Shown here piece by piece: positions 19,552 through 28,710 of a DNA stretch of 64,000 bases; within the stretch, counting starts at the first letter, position 1, and every line of letters starts with the position of its first letter. The stretch is from assembly GCA_001002135.1 (NCBI GenBank), contig LCLP01000001.1, positions 294,274 to 358,273 of the forward strand. The letters are read 5' to 3'. Below the pieces are notes generated by a model. That model was not told the origin of the DNA. It was given only the letters and a program-made list of their open reading frames with translations, and made no database searches. A program made the position numbers and the translations under genes. Source of the DNA: Candidatus Pacebacteria bacterium GW2011_GWA1_46_10 (GTDB lineage: Bacteria; Patescibacteriota; Microgenomatia; UBA1400; PJMF01).

Positions 19552-19625
19552 GCGCCTATAGTTCAAGGGATAGAATAACGGTTTGCGGAACCGTTGATCC
19601 AGGTTCGAGTCCTGGTAGGCGCACC
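19552..19625 (+). tRNA. tRNA-Arg (anticodon GCG)
   Basis: Hand-folded cloverleaf: acceptor GCGCCUA/UAGGCGC, anticodon stem ACGGU/ACCGU, loop UUGCGGA with G37, T-arm CCAGG-UUCGAGU-CCUGG. CCA not fully encoded. Confidence 0.8.
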
Positions 19626-19628
19626 CCG

Positions 19629-19711
19629 GGAGAGGTCGCATAGTGGTCCATTGCACCGGTTTCGAAAACCGGCGCCGCAAGGCTTCGTGGGTTCGAATCC
19701 CACCCTCTCCG
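19629..19711 (+). tRNA. tRNA-Ser (anticodon CGA), long variable arm
   Basis: Acceptor GGAGAGG/CCUCUCC, anticodon stem CCGGU/ACCGG with loop UUCGAAA, 14-nt variable arm, T-arm GUGGG-UUCGAAU-CCCAC. Lies 3 nt after tRNA-Arg. Confidence 0.8.
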
Positions 19712-19718
19712 CGTTTTA
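19702..19718 (+). repeat. Direct repeat copy 1 (ccaccctctccgcgttt) = 3' end of tRNA-Ser (candidate attL)
   Basis: Exact 17-nt match to 21545-21561. Confidence 0.6.
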
Positions 19719-19737
19719 TAATATACTGATTTTACCC

Positions 19738-21510
19738 ATGAACCAGGAATTAAAAGATATTTTCCAGGGAATCAAGCGCAGTTTATTGTTGGTAGATCAT
19801 TCTGACAAAATTGCTTTACTCATGGCTTCGGCCATTATGCTGATCACTGGTTTGCTAACGAACTGGCCGGCGATAATTCTCGGTAATTTTGTTGATACTT
19901 TGCTTGGTGGCAGTGAAATTCATTTTGAATCAGCCGTTCCCTATATCTTGCTGATCGTCGTGATTATTTTGGTCAGAGAAGCCTTAACGGTGGTTAGAAA
20001 ATACCTCATTGAGAATGTGGCTACTCAAACCGAAAAAAAACAAACTGTAGCGGTAATTGATCGATTACTAAAAGCAGATCTAACCTATATTCATCAACGC
20101 CAGGTTGGTTCGCTCCACGGCCAAATTTTTCGCTCTATTCAAGGATTGATCAGGGTTATTAAATTATCTTTTCTTGACTTTTTACCAACTTTCTTCTCTG
20201 CCATGGTGGCTTTAGTCATTGTTTTTTACCGCCAGCCGTTGATTGGTGGAGTAATGTTTTTGGTTATTCCAATTGGCTTGTTGATTGTGTTTAGACAAAT
20301 TGGTTCCCAAAAAGGCATTCGCGTTTCACTCTTAAGAGGTAAAGAGAAGATTGATGGTAAGGTAGTGGAGACTTTGCATGGCTTGGAAACCGTGAGGGTA
20401 CTCAATGCCGGTAATCAAGAAGTAACTAAGGTAGCAGCCATTGCTGAGCGGTTAAGGATCAAAGAAATTACTCATCATATTCAAATGGCCTTGTATGACT
20501 CAGCCAAATATCTTAATGAAGGATTCTTTTATATTGCCACTATTAGTTTGGCAATTTACTTGGCTGCTAACAGAGTAATTTCTGGCGGCGATATTTTAGT
20601 GTTTTCTGTTTTGTTTTTGAGTATTACCAATCCTTTACGAGAGATTCATCGCATTTTGGATCAGGCTCATGAAGGTTCGATTTTAGTGAATGATTTATAT
20701 GGTTTACTTCATCAACCTATAGATACTTCTTTTATAGGCCATACGAAAAAAGTTGATAAACCGCTTAAAAAATCTTCTGTGGTGGAAATTGAAAATCTTA
20801 GTTTTAGCTATAAACAAGCTCTGCCAATTTTACGAAATGTTAATTTGCAAATTAAATCAGGAGAAAAACTGGGTTTAGTTGGAGCCTCTGGCAGTGGGAA
20901 AAGTACTTTATTGAAAATTTTATTGAGGCTGGTTCATGGTTATCAAGGAACAATCAAATTATTTGGCCAATTTTTAGAGAATCTAGATAGAGAGGTAATT
21001 GCTAAACAAATTGCTTATGTACCTCAACACACTTTTATTTTTGCTGGCACTATTCGCGATAACATTCTTTATGGTTTTGAAGATAAGAAAATTAATGATG
21101 AACTAATTATTGAAGCTGCCAAACAAGCTAATATTCATCAGGAAATTGAAGAATCATTGGGTGGCTTGGAAGGCAGAGTGGCAGAAGGAGGCAGCAATTT
21201 AAGTGGTGGTCAACAACAGCGATTAGCAATTGCCCGGCTAATTTTACGCTCTCCCGATTTATTTATTTTTGATGAAGCTACTTCCGCTTTAGATAATGTC
21301 AATGAAGCTGCCATTCAAGCCAATATAGAAGAGCATTTTAAAGGTAAGGCAATGATTATTGTGGCTCATCGGCTGAGTACTCTTAAAAATGTTGATCGGA
21401 TCATTGTCTTTGACCAAGGTGAAATTGTTCAAGAGGGGAGTTATGATAAATTAACCAAGCAAAAAGGCTTGTTTGCGGATTTCTTGGCTGGGAAGAAGGC
21501 TTTTAATTAA
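19738..21510 (+). CDS. ABC transporter, fused permease/ATP-binding exporter (type I exporter)
   Basis: Six-TM N-terminal domain. Walker A GASGSGKST, signature LSGGQQQRLAIARL, Walker B LFIFDEATSALD. Start taken at the ATG at 19738 (MNQELK), just past the tRNA. Confidence 0.9.
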   Translation: MNQELKDIFQGIKRSLLLVDHSDKIALLMASAIMLITGLLTNWPAIILGNFVDTLLGGSEIHFESAVPYILLIVVIILVREALTVVRKYLIENVATQTEKKQTVAVIDRLLKADLTYIHQRQVGSLHGQIFRSIQGLIRVIKLSFLDFLPTFFSAMVALVIVFYRQPLIGGVMFLVIPIGLLIVFRQIGSQKGIRVSLLRGKEKIDGKVVETLHGLETVRVLNAGNQEVTKVAAIAERLRIKEITHHIQMALYDSAKYLNEGFFYIATISLAIYLAANRVISGGDILVFSVLFLSITNPLREIHRILDQAHEGSILVNDLYGLLHQPIDTSFIGHTKKVDKPLKKSSVVEIENLSFSYKQALPILRNVNLQIKSGEKLGLVGASGSGKSTLLKILLRLVHGYQGTIKLFGQFLENLDREVIAKQIAYVPQHTFIFAGTIRDNILYGFEDKKINDELIIEAAKQANIHQEIEESLGGLEGRVAEGGSNLSGGQQQRLAIARLILRSPDLFIFDEATSALDNVNEAAIQANIEEHFKGKAMIIVAHRLSTLKNVDRIIVFDQGEIVQEGSYDKLTKQKGLFADFLAGKKAFN

Positions 21511-21544
21511 TAAGTTAACGAATAAGAGTAGTTCCAATTTTATT

Positions 21545-21561
21545 CCACCCTCTCCGCGTTT
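21545..21561 (+). repeat. Direct repeat copy 2 (ccaccctctccgcgttt) (candidate attR)
   Basis: Exact 17-nt repeat of the tRNA-Ser 3' end, located just after the ABC exporter gene. Confidence 0.6.
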
Positions 21562-21579
21562 CAAGTATGATAGGTTTGT

Positions 21580-21819
21580 ATGATAGAACAACAGTTTTCT
21601 ACTGAGAATAAAGAGTTGGTTTTGATGAGTGATGAAGAACTGGCTGTAGAAAAAAAGCGTTTGGAAAGAAGCCAAAGCGGCAATCCCAAAGAAAAACCCT
21701 GGAGTGTGGCGCTGAGTGAACGGCTGGATGTGGTTGAAAAGCTGATGGTCAAACGAGGTTTGATTGAAGGTTTTCAGCGAAAAGATATTGGTTTACCCTC
21801 GATGGACAAAGGGGTTTAA
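21580..21819 (+). CDS. hypothetical small protein
   Basis: ORF only. Charged and helical. Confidence 0.35.
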   Translation: MIEQQFSTENKELVLMSDEELAVEKKRLERSQSGNPKEKPWSVALSERLDVVEKLMVKRGLIEGFQRKDIGLPSMDKGV

Positions 21820-21858
21820 CTCTTTCGTGAGAAGTATGGGTTATAATTTGGGCTCAAG

Positions 21859-22464
21859 ATGAAAAAGCCGGTTGAGTTTATCTATTTTGACATTGGTGGG
21901 GTGCTGGTGGATCATTTCACTGGTTTGCAGAAAATAGCTCAAAAGCTGGGTATTGCTGAAGAGGAGCTCATTGATTTTTTTGTCAGCCATATCGCTGAGG
22001 TTGATCGAGGCAGCTCGAGCTGGGCCGAGATGGAAAAACAGTTTTACCAGACGTTTCAACTGGTCCAGAAACTCGACGAACCCTTACTGCATTATTTTGT
22101 TGATCATTTTGAAGTTATTAAACCAACCCATGACTTGGCTCATGAACTAGTCAGTCAATTTAAAATTGGTATTTTGTCTGATATCGCGGTGGATGGGTAT
22201 GAGCGGCTGGTGTCCAAAAAGCGTCTCCCCCAAATTCCCTATGCCGCAGAAATCATTTCTGCAAAGATAGGTTTTTTGAAGCCTGAGCAAGAAATTTTTG
22301 ACTATGCGCTGACTTTGGCTGGTGTCCCAGCCGGGAAAATTTTATTGGTTGACGATAGAATTAATAACATTGAGGCCGCGCGGTCGCTTGGTTGGCAGGC
22401 ATCACTGTTTGAGGCAAAAGCCCCACGAAAATCGGTGGCAACCATCAAAAAACTACTTTCCTAG
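21859..22464 (+). CDS. HAD-superfamily hydrolase (subfamily IA-like)
   Basis: [11 protein letters not shown] motif I and a C-terminal [13 protein letters not shown] motif. Confidence 0.75.
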   Translation: MKKPVEFIYFDIGGVLVDHFTGLQKIAQKLGIAEEELIDFFVSHIAEVDRGSSSWAEMEKQFYQTFQLVQKLDEPLLHYFVDHFEVIKPTHDLAHELVSQFKIGILSDIAVDGYERLVSKKRLPQIPYAAEIISAKIGFLKPEQEIFDYALTLAGVPAGKILLVDDRINNIEAARSLGWQASLFEAKAPRKSVATIKKLLS

Positions 22465-22829
22465 TTTTTCGGCACGAACTTGAGTGAAATTGAGTTGACA
22501 CAGTGGCGAGTGTTTTTTTCAGTGAACATTTCCCCTTTAAAAACGTGACCAAGATGTCCACCGCAAGCCTTACAATAAATCTCGGTCCGGATGCCATCAT
22601 CGTCTAAACGACGACCGACAGCGCCGGGAATTTCCTGGTCAAAGCTTGGCCAACCGCAGTGGGCGTCAAACTTGTCGTCGGAGTGGTAGAGTGGTGTGTT
22701 ACATTGACGACACACATAAGTCCCTTTGATCCAGTGTTGGTCATATTCGTTGACGAAAGGCGCCTCAGTGCCCTTTTCCAACATGACTCGTTTTTCTGGT
22801 GGAGTGAGCGGATTTAATTTTGTTTTCAT
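22461..22829 (-). CDS. msrB: Peptide-methionine (R)-S-oxide reductase
   Basis: Two CxxC zinc motifs ([20 protein letters not shown]) and the RHCVNS active site. Confidence 0.9.
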   Translation of the reverse strand: MKTKLNPLTPPEKRVMLEKGTEAPFVNEYDQHWIKGTYVCRQCNTPLYHSDDKFDAHCGWPSFDQEIPGAVGRRLDDDGIRTEIYCKACGGHLGHVFKGEMFTEKNTRHCVNSISLKFVPKN

Positions 22830-22850
22830 TGATTTTTTCCCGAAAATTTT

Positions 22851-23438
22851 TTATTTTTTTGAAAAGAATTTCTCATTTTCGGCAATGTGTTTTGCACGGC
22901 CGGAGCCCCGTTTATAATTTTCGTAATGTAGTACGTTCTTGCGATAGTAATCCTGATGATATTCCTCAGCCAGATAAAAGTTTTTGAACGGCAAAACTTC
23001 GGTCACGACAGGCTCGGTGTATCTACCTGATTCATCCAAGGTCTTTTTCGACTTTTCCGCCGCCTTTTTCTGTTCGGGGGAGTGGTAATAAATAGCCGTC
23101 GTGTAATGACCGCCGCGATCAGCAAATTGGCCGCCCTTATCAGTTGGGTCGACTTGTAGCCAATAAGTGTCAAGTAAAGTTGAATAGTTTATTTGGCTAG
23201 GATCATAAAACACTTGTACTGCCTCGCGATGATCCGTTTCACCTGAACTGACCTGTTCATAGGTGGGATTTAATTCATCGCCACCGGCATACCCAGCCAC
23301 TACTGCCTCCACGCCATCAAGCGCCTCTAGTGGGGCCTCTATGCACCAAAAACAGCCGCCGGCAAAAGTAGCGACCGCCAGGTCCTCTCTTTTCTGTAAG
23401 GAATCATACAATTTGGCTGTATGATCAAGATTTTCCAT
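22851..23438 (-). CDS. msrA: Peptide-methionine (S)-S-oxide reductase
   Basis: GGCFWC active-site motif and YHQDYY. Confidence 0.9.
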   Translation of the reverse strand: MENLDHTAKLYDSLQKREDLAVATFAGGCFWCIEAPLEALDGVEAVVAGYAGGDELNPTYEQVSSGETDHREAVQVFYDPSQINYSTLLDTYWLQVDPTDKGGQFADRGGHYTTAIYYHSPEQKKAAEKSKKTLDESGRYTEPVVTEVLPFKNFYLAEEYHQDYYRKNVLHYENYKRGSGRAKHIAENEKFFSKK

Positions 23439-23482
23439 AGGTGAGATTGCCTATAGTATACCGTGTTTGTGTTGTATAATAT

Positions 23483-23491
23483 AGGCTGACC
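23483..23491 (+). promoter_or_regulatory. Extended -10 promoter element TGtTATAAT upstream of the RRM gene
   Basis: Sequence tgttgtataat in the divergent msrA/RRM intergenic region. Confidence 0.35.
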
Positions 23492-23549
23492 AAACGGCAG
23501 TTCTTTGAGATTTTTTCTCTTCAAGCATCTTGCCCGGATTTATTAATAT

Positions 23550-23951
23550 GTGAGCAGTAAGTTGGTCATTGCTGACTCAGGAGAAAAGGGCATTATGCAT
23601 CCTTCTTCCGATCCTCAATCAGCTGGACAGGATCCCAGCAAGTTATATATCGGCAATTTGCCGTACACCATGGGCGAAGAAGAACTTCGCGACCTCTGTG
23701 CACAGCACGGTGAGGTAGAAGAGTGCAAACTCATCATGGATTTCCGCACTGGTCGTTCCAAAGGCTTTGCCTTTGTGAAGTTCGCCACAGTGGAAGCCGC
23801 TGAGGCAGCGATGGCTGCCATCAACGAGCAAGAAGTACAGGGCAGAAAGCTTTTCGTCAAAGTGGCATTGCCACCTCGACCTCGTGAAGAGCGCCGATCG
23901 TTCGATCGTGGCGATCGCCGCGGTGGATACGACCGTTCAAGACAAGACTAA
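23550..23951 (+). CDS. RRM-type RNA-binding protein with Arg/Gly-rich tail
   Basis: RNP2 LYIGNL, RNP1 KGFAFVKF, C-terminal RGDRRGGYDRSRQD. Start may be at MHPSS (23595). Confidence 0.8.
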   Translation: MSSKLVIADSGEKGIMHPSSDPQSAGQDPSKLYIGNLPYTMGEEELRDLCAQHGEVEECKLIMDFRTGRSKGFAFVKFATVEAAEAAMAAINEQEVQGRKLFVKVALPPRPREERRSFDRGDRRGGYDRSRQD

Positions 23952-23974
23952 TCGTTTTTTCTTGTAAAAAAAGA

Positions 23975-24005
23975 GGGGCAGTTCGCAAGAACTGCCCCTT
24001 TTGGT
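23975..24005 (+). terminator. Rho-independent terminator
   Basis: ggggcagttc-gcaa-gaactgcccc followed by ttttggtttgg. Confidence 0.7.
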
Positions 24006-24010
24006 TTGGT

Positions 24011-25156
24011 GTGTATAATCAAAGTGTGGAAGTCGCGCCCCAAGTTTATTCAGTCTCCCAATTTTTGGATTTAGTCAATCTTCAACTAGAGGCGTTTCCG
24101 GCGGCTATTCAAGGCGAAATCACCTCTTTGAGTACACGCAGCCATGCCTATTTCACCCTGACTGACGGCCAGAGTAAAGAACCAGCGGTCTTGAACTGCG
24201 CCCTCTGGCAGTCTCGTTTGAGGACTTTACCCTTTGAGTTAAAAGAGGGTATTGAGGTCCAAGTGTTAGGTCACGCTAGTGTGTATAAACCCAGTGGGCG
24301 GTTTAGTTTTATTGTCGAGCATATTTCGCCGGTGGGTGAAGGAGCACTGCAAAAAGCTTTTGAGCAATTAAAGCGGCAGTTGGAAGCCAAAGGCTTCTTT
24401 GCTCCAGAGCGCAAACGGGCCTTGCCAATTTTTCTCACTCGTATCGGTTTACTGACCTCTGAAAGCGGCGAAGCCTTGCGGGATTTCAGACAGCACCTTG
24501 GTCAATTTGGTTTTCAGATTGTCCACCGTGATATTCGCGTCGAGGGTTTAAATGCCATTCCCTCGGTTGTCAAAGGGATCGAGTGGTTTAACACACACCC
24601 GGATGCACTTGATGGTGGAGTGGAAGTCTTGGTACTGACCCGTGGCGGTGGCAGTTTGGAAAGTTTGCAGGCCTTTAATTCAGTGGAGGTGGCTGAGGCG
24701 ATCTTTGCCTCCAAAATTCCGGTCATAGCCGCTATTGGCCACGAGCGGGATGTCACCATTGCCGATTTGGTGGCCGATGTACGCGCCTCTACCCCCACCG
24801 ATGCCGGCCGGATCTTGTCAGAAAACTGGCGGCTGGCGGGTGACAAAATGCAGTATTTTGCCCGTCAGATCAAGCAAAACTTCCAGCAAGTACTTGATGG
24901 CGCACGGGATCAACTACGACAGACTTGGGAAAGGGTCATTCATCGGTTTACTCATCAGTTGACACTGCGACAGCAACGCTTTGCTTTTCTGTCCAATCAA
25001 GTCATGGCAGCCAGTCCGTTGAATCGCTTGAAACAGGGGTATAGTATTGTGACCAATCGCGCCGGCACCGTGATTAAAGATAAGAAAATGGTTCAGAAAG
25101 ATGAAGCATTGACGATTACTCTCTCTAAAGGTATGGTGACTGCAAAGGTTGAATAA
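24011..25156 (+). CDS. xseA: Exodeoxyribonuclease VII large subunit
   Basis: Collinear with XseA (LTRGGGSLESLQAFN, AIGHERDVTIADLVADVRASTPT). GTG start. Confidence 0.85.
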   Translation: MYNQSVEVAPQVYSVSQFLDLVNLQLEAFPAAIQGEITSLSTRSHAYFTLTDGQSKEPAVLNCALWQSRLRTLPFELKEGIEVQVLGHASVYKPSGRFSFIVEHISPVGEGALQKAFEQLKRQLEAKGFFAPERKRALPIFLTRIGLLTSESGEALRDFRQHLGQFGFQIVHRDIRVEGLNAIPSVVKGIEWFNTHPDALDGGVEVLVLTRGGGSLESLQAFNSVEVAEAIFASKIPVIAAIGHERDVTIADLVADVRASTPTDAGRILSENWRLAGDKMQYFARQIKQNFQQVLDGARDQLRQTWERVIHRFTHQLTLRQQRFAFLSNQVMAASPLNRLKQGYSIVTNRAGTVIKDKKMVQKDEALTITLSKGMVTAKVE

Positions 25157-25157
25157 T

Positions 25158-25355
25158 ATGGCCAAACAATCATTTGATATCACCAAAGCGATGGCGGAAC
25201 TGGAGGCGATTAGTACTTGGTTTGATGAAGCGGACATTAATTTGGAACAGGGATTGGGGAAAATGAAACGAGCTAGAGAGTTGATTGACCAAATTCAAGC
25301 GCGGTTAAAAAAAACCGAGAACGAGTTTGTGGCGCTCAAAGCAGATTTTGAGTGA
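25158..25355 (+). CDS. xseB: Exodeoxyribonuclease VII small subunit
   Basis: Typical 65-aa helical XseB (ELEAI...LEQGL...RLKKTE), immediately after xseA. Confidence 0.8.
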   Translation: MAKQSFDITKAMAELEAISTWFDEADINLEQGLGKMKRARELIDQIQARLKKTENEFVALKADFE

Positions 25356-25418
25356 CTTTTAACTCTTTGGGGCAGTATTTTCATTTCTTGTTGATGGGGC
25401 GGTGATATACTACCCCCA

Positions 25419-27206
25419 ATGTCCCAGATTCAACAAATTAAAGACGCTACTGATATTGTGCAGCTTGTGGGGGAGCGAATCAAACTGATCCGCTCTGGTG
25501 GCAGTTATAAAGCACTTTGCCCGTTTCACAGTGAGAAAACACCCTCATTTTTTGTCAGTGAACAGCTTCAGCGCTACCGTTGTTTTGGCTGTGATGAGAC
25601 CGGCGATGTCTTGGACTTTTTGCAAAAGTATGACGGGATGACCTTTGCCGAAGCGCTGCAGTATTTGAGTGAACGTACCGGGATTAAGCTCCAGGAGTTT
25701 CAACGCTCCCCTGAGGACGATCTGCGTGAGCGATTACTCGAGGTTTTACACTTGGCCAAGGAGTACTATCACTACTTATTGGTCAGTCATCAAGTGGGCA
25801 AAAAAGCGAGAGCCTATCTTAAAGACCGCAAAATCTCCACGGCCTCAATTGAACTGTTTCAACTTGGCTACGCCCCGCCAGGGTGGGACGGCCTGATCAA
25901 GTACCTACACCAGAAGAAAAAATACAGCCTAGAAGATATCCAGAAAACTGGTCTTATCTTGAGAGGGGCTGGCGGAAAATACTACGACCGTTTTCGCGGC
26001 CGGCTGATGTTCCCCTTAAAAGACCATCGCGGTCGAGTGGTTGGTTTCTCCGGTCGGTTACTTGAGGCCGACCCTAAAGAGGCTAAATACATTAATACCC
26101 CGGAAACGATGGTTTACCATAAATCACAACTGTTGTATGGGCTCAAAGAGCTCTTTGCTGAAATCAAGAAGAAGGAGGAAGTGATCGTGGTCGAGGGTGA
26201 GTTTGACGTTATCTCCTCGGCACAAGCTCATATTAACCAGATTGTGGCGATTAAAGGTTCGGCGCTGACTCGAGAGCAGGTAAAGCTCTTGGCTCGATCA
26301 GTTAAGAAAATTATCCTTAGCCTGGATGCTGACGAGGCTGGGGCGGCAGCAATGAGAAGAGCCATTGAAGTGGTTGGGGACACTGATATGGAGTTGCGGG
26401 TGATTGACCTGTCTTCGCTGGAAAAAGGGCAAAAAGATGTGGATGAACTGGTCAGAACAAACCCGGAAGAGTGGCGGAAGTTGGCCGAGACCTCGGTGTC
26501 GGTCTATGAGTTTTTGCTGAACTTGAGCCTGCGCCATCATGATCCGACCACTCCAGAGGGAAAACGGGCAATCGTCAAGGCTGTCGGGCCGATTTTCGGC
26601 CAAATCCCCCACGCAGTGGAAAGAGACTTCTACCTCAAGAAATTGGCCGAAACGCTGGCGGTATCACTAGATGTCTTGATGCAGGATGTGGAGCGAATCA
26701 GTCGTGGCGCTGCAGCCAACAGGCCGGCAGCGGAAACCGCTCCCGCTGAAGAAATCTCGGGGGGTCGTCGAGAAAAGCTGGAGAAATACGCCCTCTTTTT
26801 GCTGTTTAGCGTCAAGGAATTTGCCCAGAAATTGGCCGTGTTACAAGAGATTCCCCTCAAATCTACCGGCTTTTTGCAGATCCTGGAGGCCTTTGCCGCC
26901 AAAAAACCCCAAGATAAAGCAGACTTGAGAATTTTGACTGCCGGTCTGGGTGAGGACCTCAAGCAGATACTATTTGACGCGGTCTATGCGCCCCAGTTTC
27001 AGAACATGCAAAAGACTTTTCAGCCAGAGAAAGAGTGGTCTCAAACCCTCTCGGCTTTGAAAAAAGAAATCGCCCGGGAAAAAATCGAGGTTTTGCAGGC
27101 AGCAATTGCCAGTCTAGAGCAAAAAGCCAAGCGGACCGAAAAAGAAGAAACAGCTCTCTCTGGTTTGTTAAGAAAGGTAGTTGAGCTACAACGTCAGCTG
27201 CATTAG
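25419..27206 (+). CDS. dnaG: DNA primase
   Basis: CHC2 zinc finger (CPFHSEKTPSF...CFGC), TOPRIM motifs (EGEFDVIS, LDADEAG). Confidence 0.9.
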   Translation: MSQIQQIKDATDIVQLVGERIKLIRSGGSYKALCPFHSEKTPSFFVSEQLQRYRCFGCDETGDVLDFLQKYDGMTFAEALQYLSERTGIKLQEFQRSPEDDLRERLLEVLHLAKEYYHYLLVSHQVGKKARAYLKDRKISTASIELFQLGYAPPGWDGLIKYLHQKKKYSLEDIQKTGLILRGAGGKYYDRFRGRLMFPLKDHRGRVVGFSGRLLEADPKEAKYINTPETMVYHKSQLLYGLKELFAEIKKKEEVIVVEGEFDVISSAQAHINQIVAIKGSALTREQVKLLARSVKKIILSLDADEAGAAAMRRAIEVVGDTDMELRVIDLSSLEKGQKDVDELVRTNPEEWRKLAETSVSVYEFLLNLSLRHHDPTTPEGKRAIVKAVGPIFGQIPHAVERDFYLKKLAETLAVSLDVLMQDVERISRGAAANRPAAETAPAEEISGGRREKLEKYALFLLFSVKEFAQKLAVLQEIPLKSTGFLQILEAFAAKKPQDKADLRILTAGLGEDLKQILFDAVYAPQFQNMQKTFQPEKEWSQTLSALKKEIAREKIEVLQAAIASLEQKAKRTEKEETALSGLLRKVVELQRQLH

Positions 27207-27289
27207 AAGACTCACTTGGGCATAATTTGTAAGCCGGACTACGTTCTGGGTCGGTATAATGAAAGTGTAATAGCGAGTGGAAAGGAAAT

Positions 27290-27640
27290 ATGGCGGGAAT
27301 CCCATCAAACATCATGCATCTAACAGATGACACCCTTCAAGAGACGATTAAAACTGAAAAACGACCGATATTTGTCGATTTTTACGCCGATTGGTGCGGT
27401 CCTTGTGTGGCCGCCGCGCCGATCATTGACAAATTAGCCAAAGAATTTCAAGACAAGATGTTGATCACTAAGCTGAATGTGGATGAAAACCCTCGGTCTG
27501 CCCAGCAGTATGGAGTGATGAGTATTCCAACGGTCTTGGTGTTTAAAAATGACGGCAGTGAGCCGAAAATCGTCGGCAAGCAGATCGGCTTTGCTGGTGA
27601 AGCTGGCTATCGCAGCTTGATTGATGAGGCTTTACAATAA
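27290..27640 (+). CDS. trxA: Thioredoxin
   Basis: WCGPC active site. RBS ggaaagga 7 nt upstream. Confidence 0.9.
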   Translation: MAGIPSNIMHLTDDTLQETIKTEKRPIFVDFYADWCGPCVAAAPIIDKLAKEFQDKMLITKLNVDENPRSAQQYGVMSIPTVLVFKNDGSEPKIVGKQIGFAGEAGYRSLIDEALQ

Positions 27641-27648
27641 CCTAGTCC

Positions 27649-28710
27649 ATGAAAATTCACGATTTAGTGGTGATTGGTTCGGGTCCGGCCGGCTATACGG
27701 CGGCCCTCTATGCGGCCCGTGCCAGGTTGGCGCCGGTGGTTTTTACTGGTATTGAGAGTGGTGGACAGCTGATGTACACCAATGAAGTAGAAAACTACCC
27801 TGGTTTTCCTAAGGGTATTCTGGGTCCTCAATTAATGGCAGATCTGCGCACCCAGGCGGAGCGCTTTGGCGCGGACGTTCAAGATCTGCATGTCACGGCC
27901 GTCGACTTTAGTCAACGTCCATTTAAATTATGGACTCACCTGCCCCCTGGGGCGGATGCGAATGTTTTTAAAAGTGGTTCGGCTGAAGAAATTGGCCAAA
28001 TCGTCAAACAAGTCAAGCAGGCTGAACCCGATGTCTTGGCTAAAGCCGTGATCGTGACCACTGGTGCCACGGCGTTGACACTCAAAGTACCAGGTGAAGA
28101 AAAGTTGATCGGCCGTGGGGTCAGTACTTGTGCGGTTTGTGACGCGCCGTTTTATAAAGATAAGGTGGTGTTTGTGGTTGGTGGCGGCGATAGCGCCATG
28201 GAAGATTCACTCGCTTTGACGAAATTTTCCAGTCAGGTGACGATTATTCACCGCCGTGAGCAATTTCGAGCCAGTAAAATTATGGCTGAGCGGGTGTTGA
28301 AAAATGAAAAAATTTCAGTGCTCTGGCACTCCAATTTACTCGAGATTATGGGTGACCAGTCGGTGACTGGTGTTAAAGTCGACGAGAACGGCACGGTGAA
28401 AGAATACCCTGCCCAAGGTCTTTTTTACGCCATTGGTCATCGGCCGGTAACCGACATTTTCCAAGGCCAGCTCGAACTTGATCAAGGCTATATTATCACC
28501 AGTCAAAGTATCACTCAGCCAGGAGTGGAACAGGCTGGCAAGGTTTTTGGTGACAACGGCATGATTCCATACCCCACACAGACTAGCGTCCCTGGGGTGT
28601 TTGCCGGCGGGGATGTGGTGGATGTACGCTATCGGCAAGCGGTGACCGCGGCCGGCCAAGGTTGTAGTGCAGCGCTTGATGCGGAGAGATGGTTGGAAAA
28701 TAATCAGTGA
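27649..28710 (+). CDS. trxB: Thioredoxin-disulfide reductase
   Basis: FAD motif VIGSGPAGYTAA, redox CAVCD, NADPH motif GGGDSA. Carries an extra ~35-aa insertion before the CAVC region. Confidence 0.9.
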   Translation: MKIHDLVVIGSGPAGYTAALYAARARLAPVVFTGIESGGQLMYTNEVENYPGFPKGILGPQLMADLRTQAERFGADVQDLHVTAVDFSQRPFKLWTHLPPGADANVFKSGSAEEIGQIVKQVKQAEPDVLAKAVIVTTGATALTLKVPGEEKLIGRGVSTCAVCDAPFYKDKVVFVVGGGDSAMEDSLALTKFSSQVTIIHRREQFRASKIMAERVLKNEKISVLWHSNLLEIMGDQSVTGVKVDENGTVKEYPAQGLFYAIGHRPVTDIFQGQLELDQGYIITSQSITQPGVEQAGKVFGDNGMIPYPTQTSVPGVFAGGDVVDVRYRQAVTAAGQGCSAALDAERWLENNQ

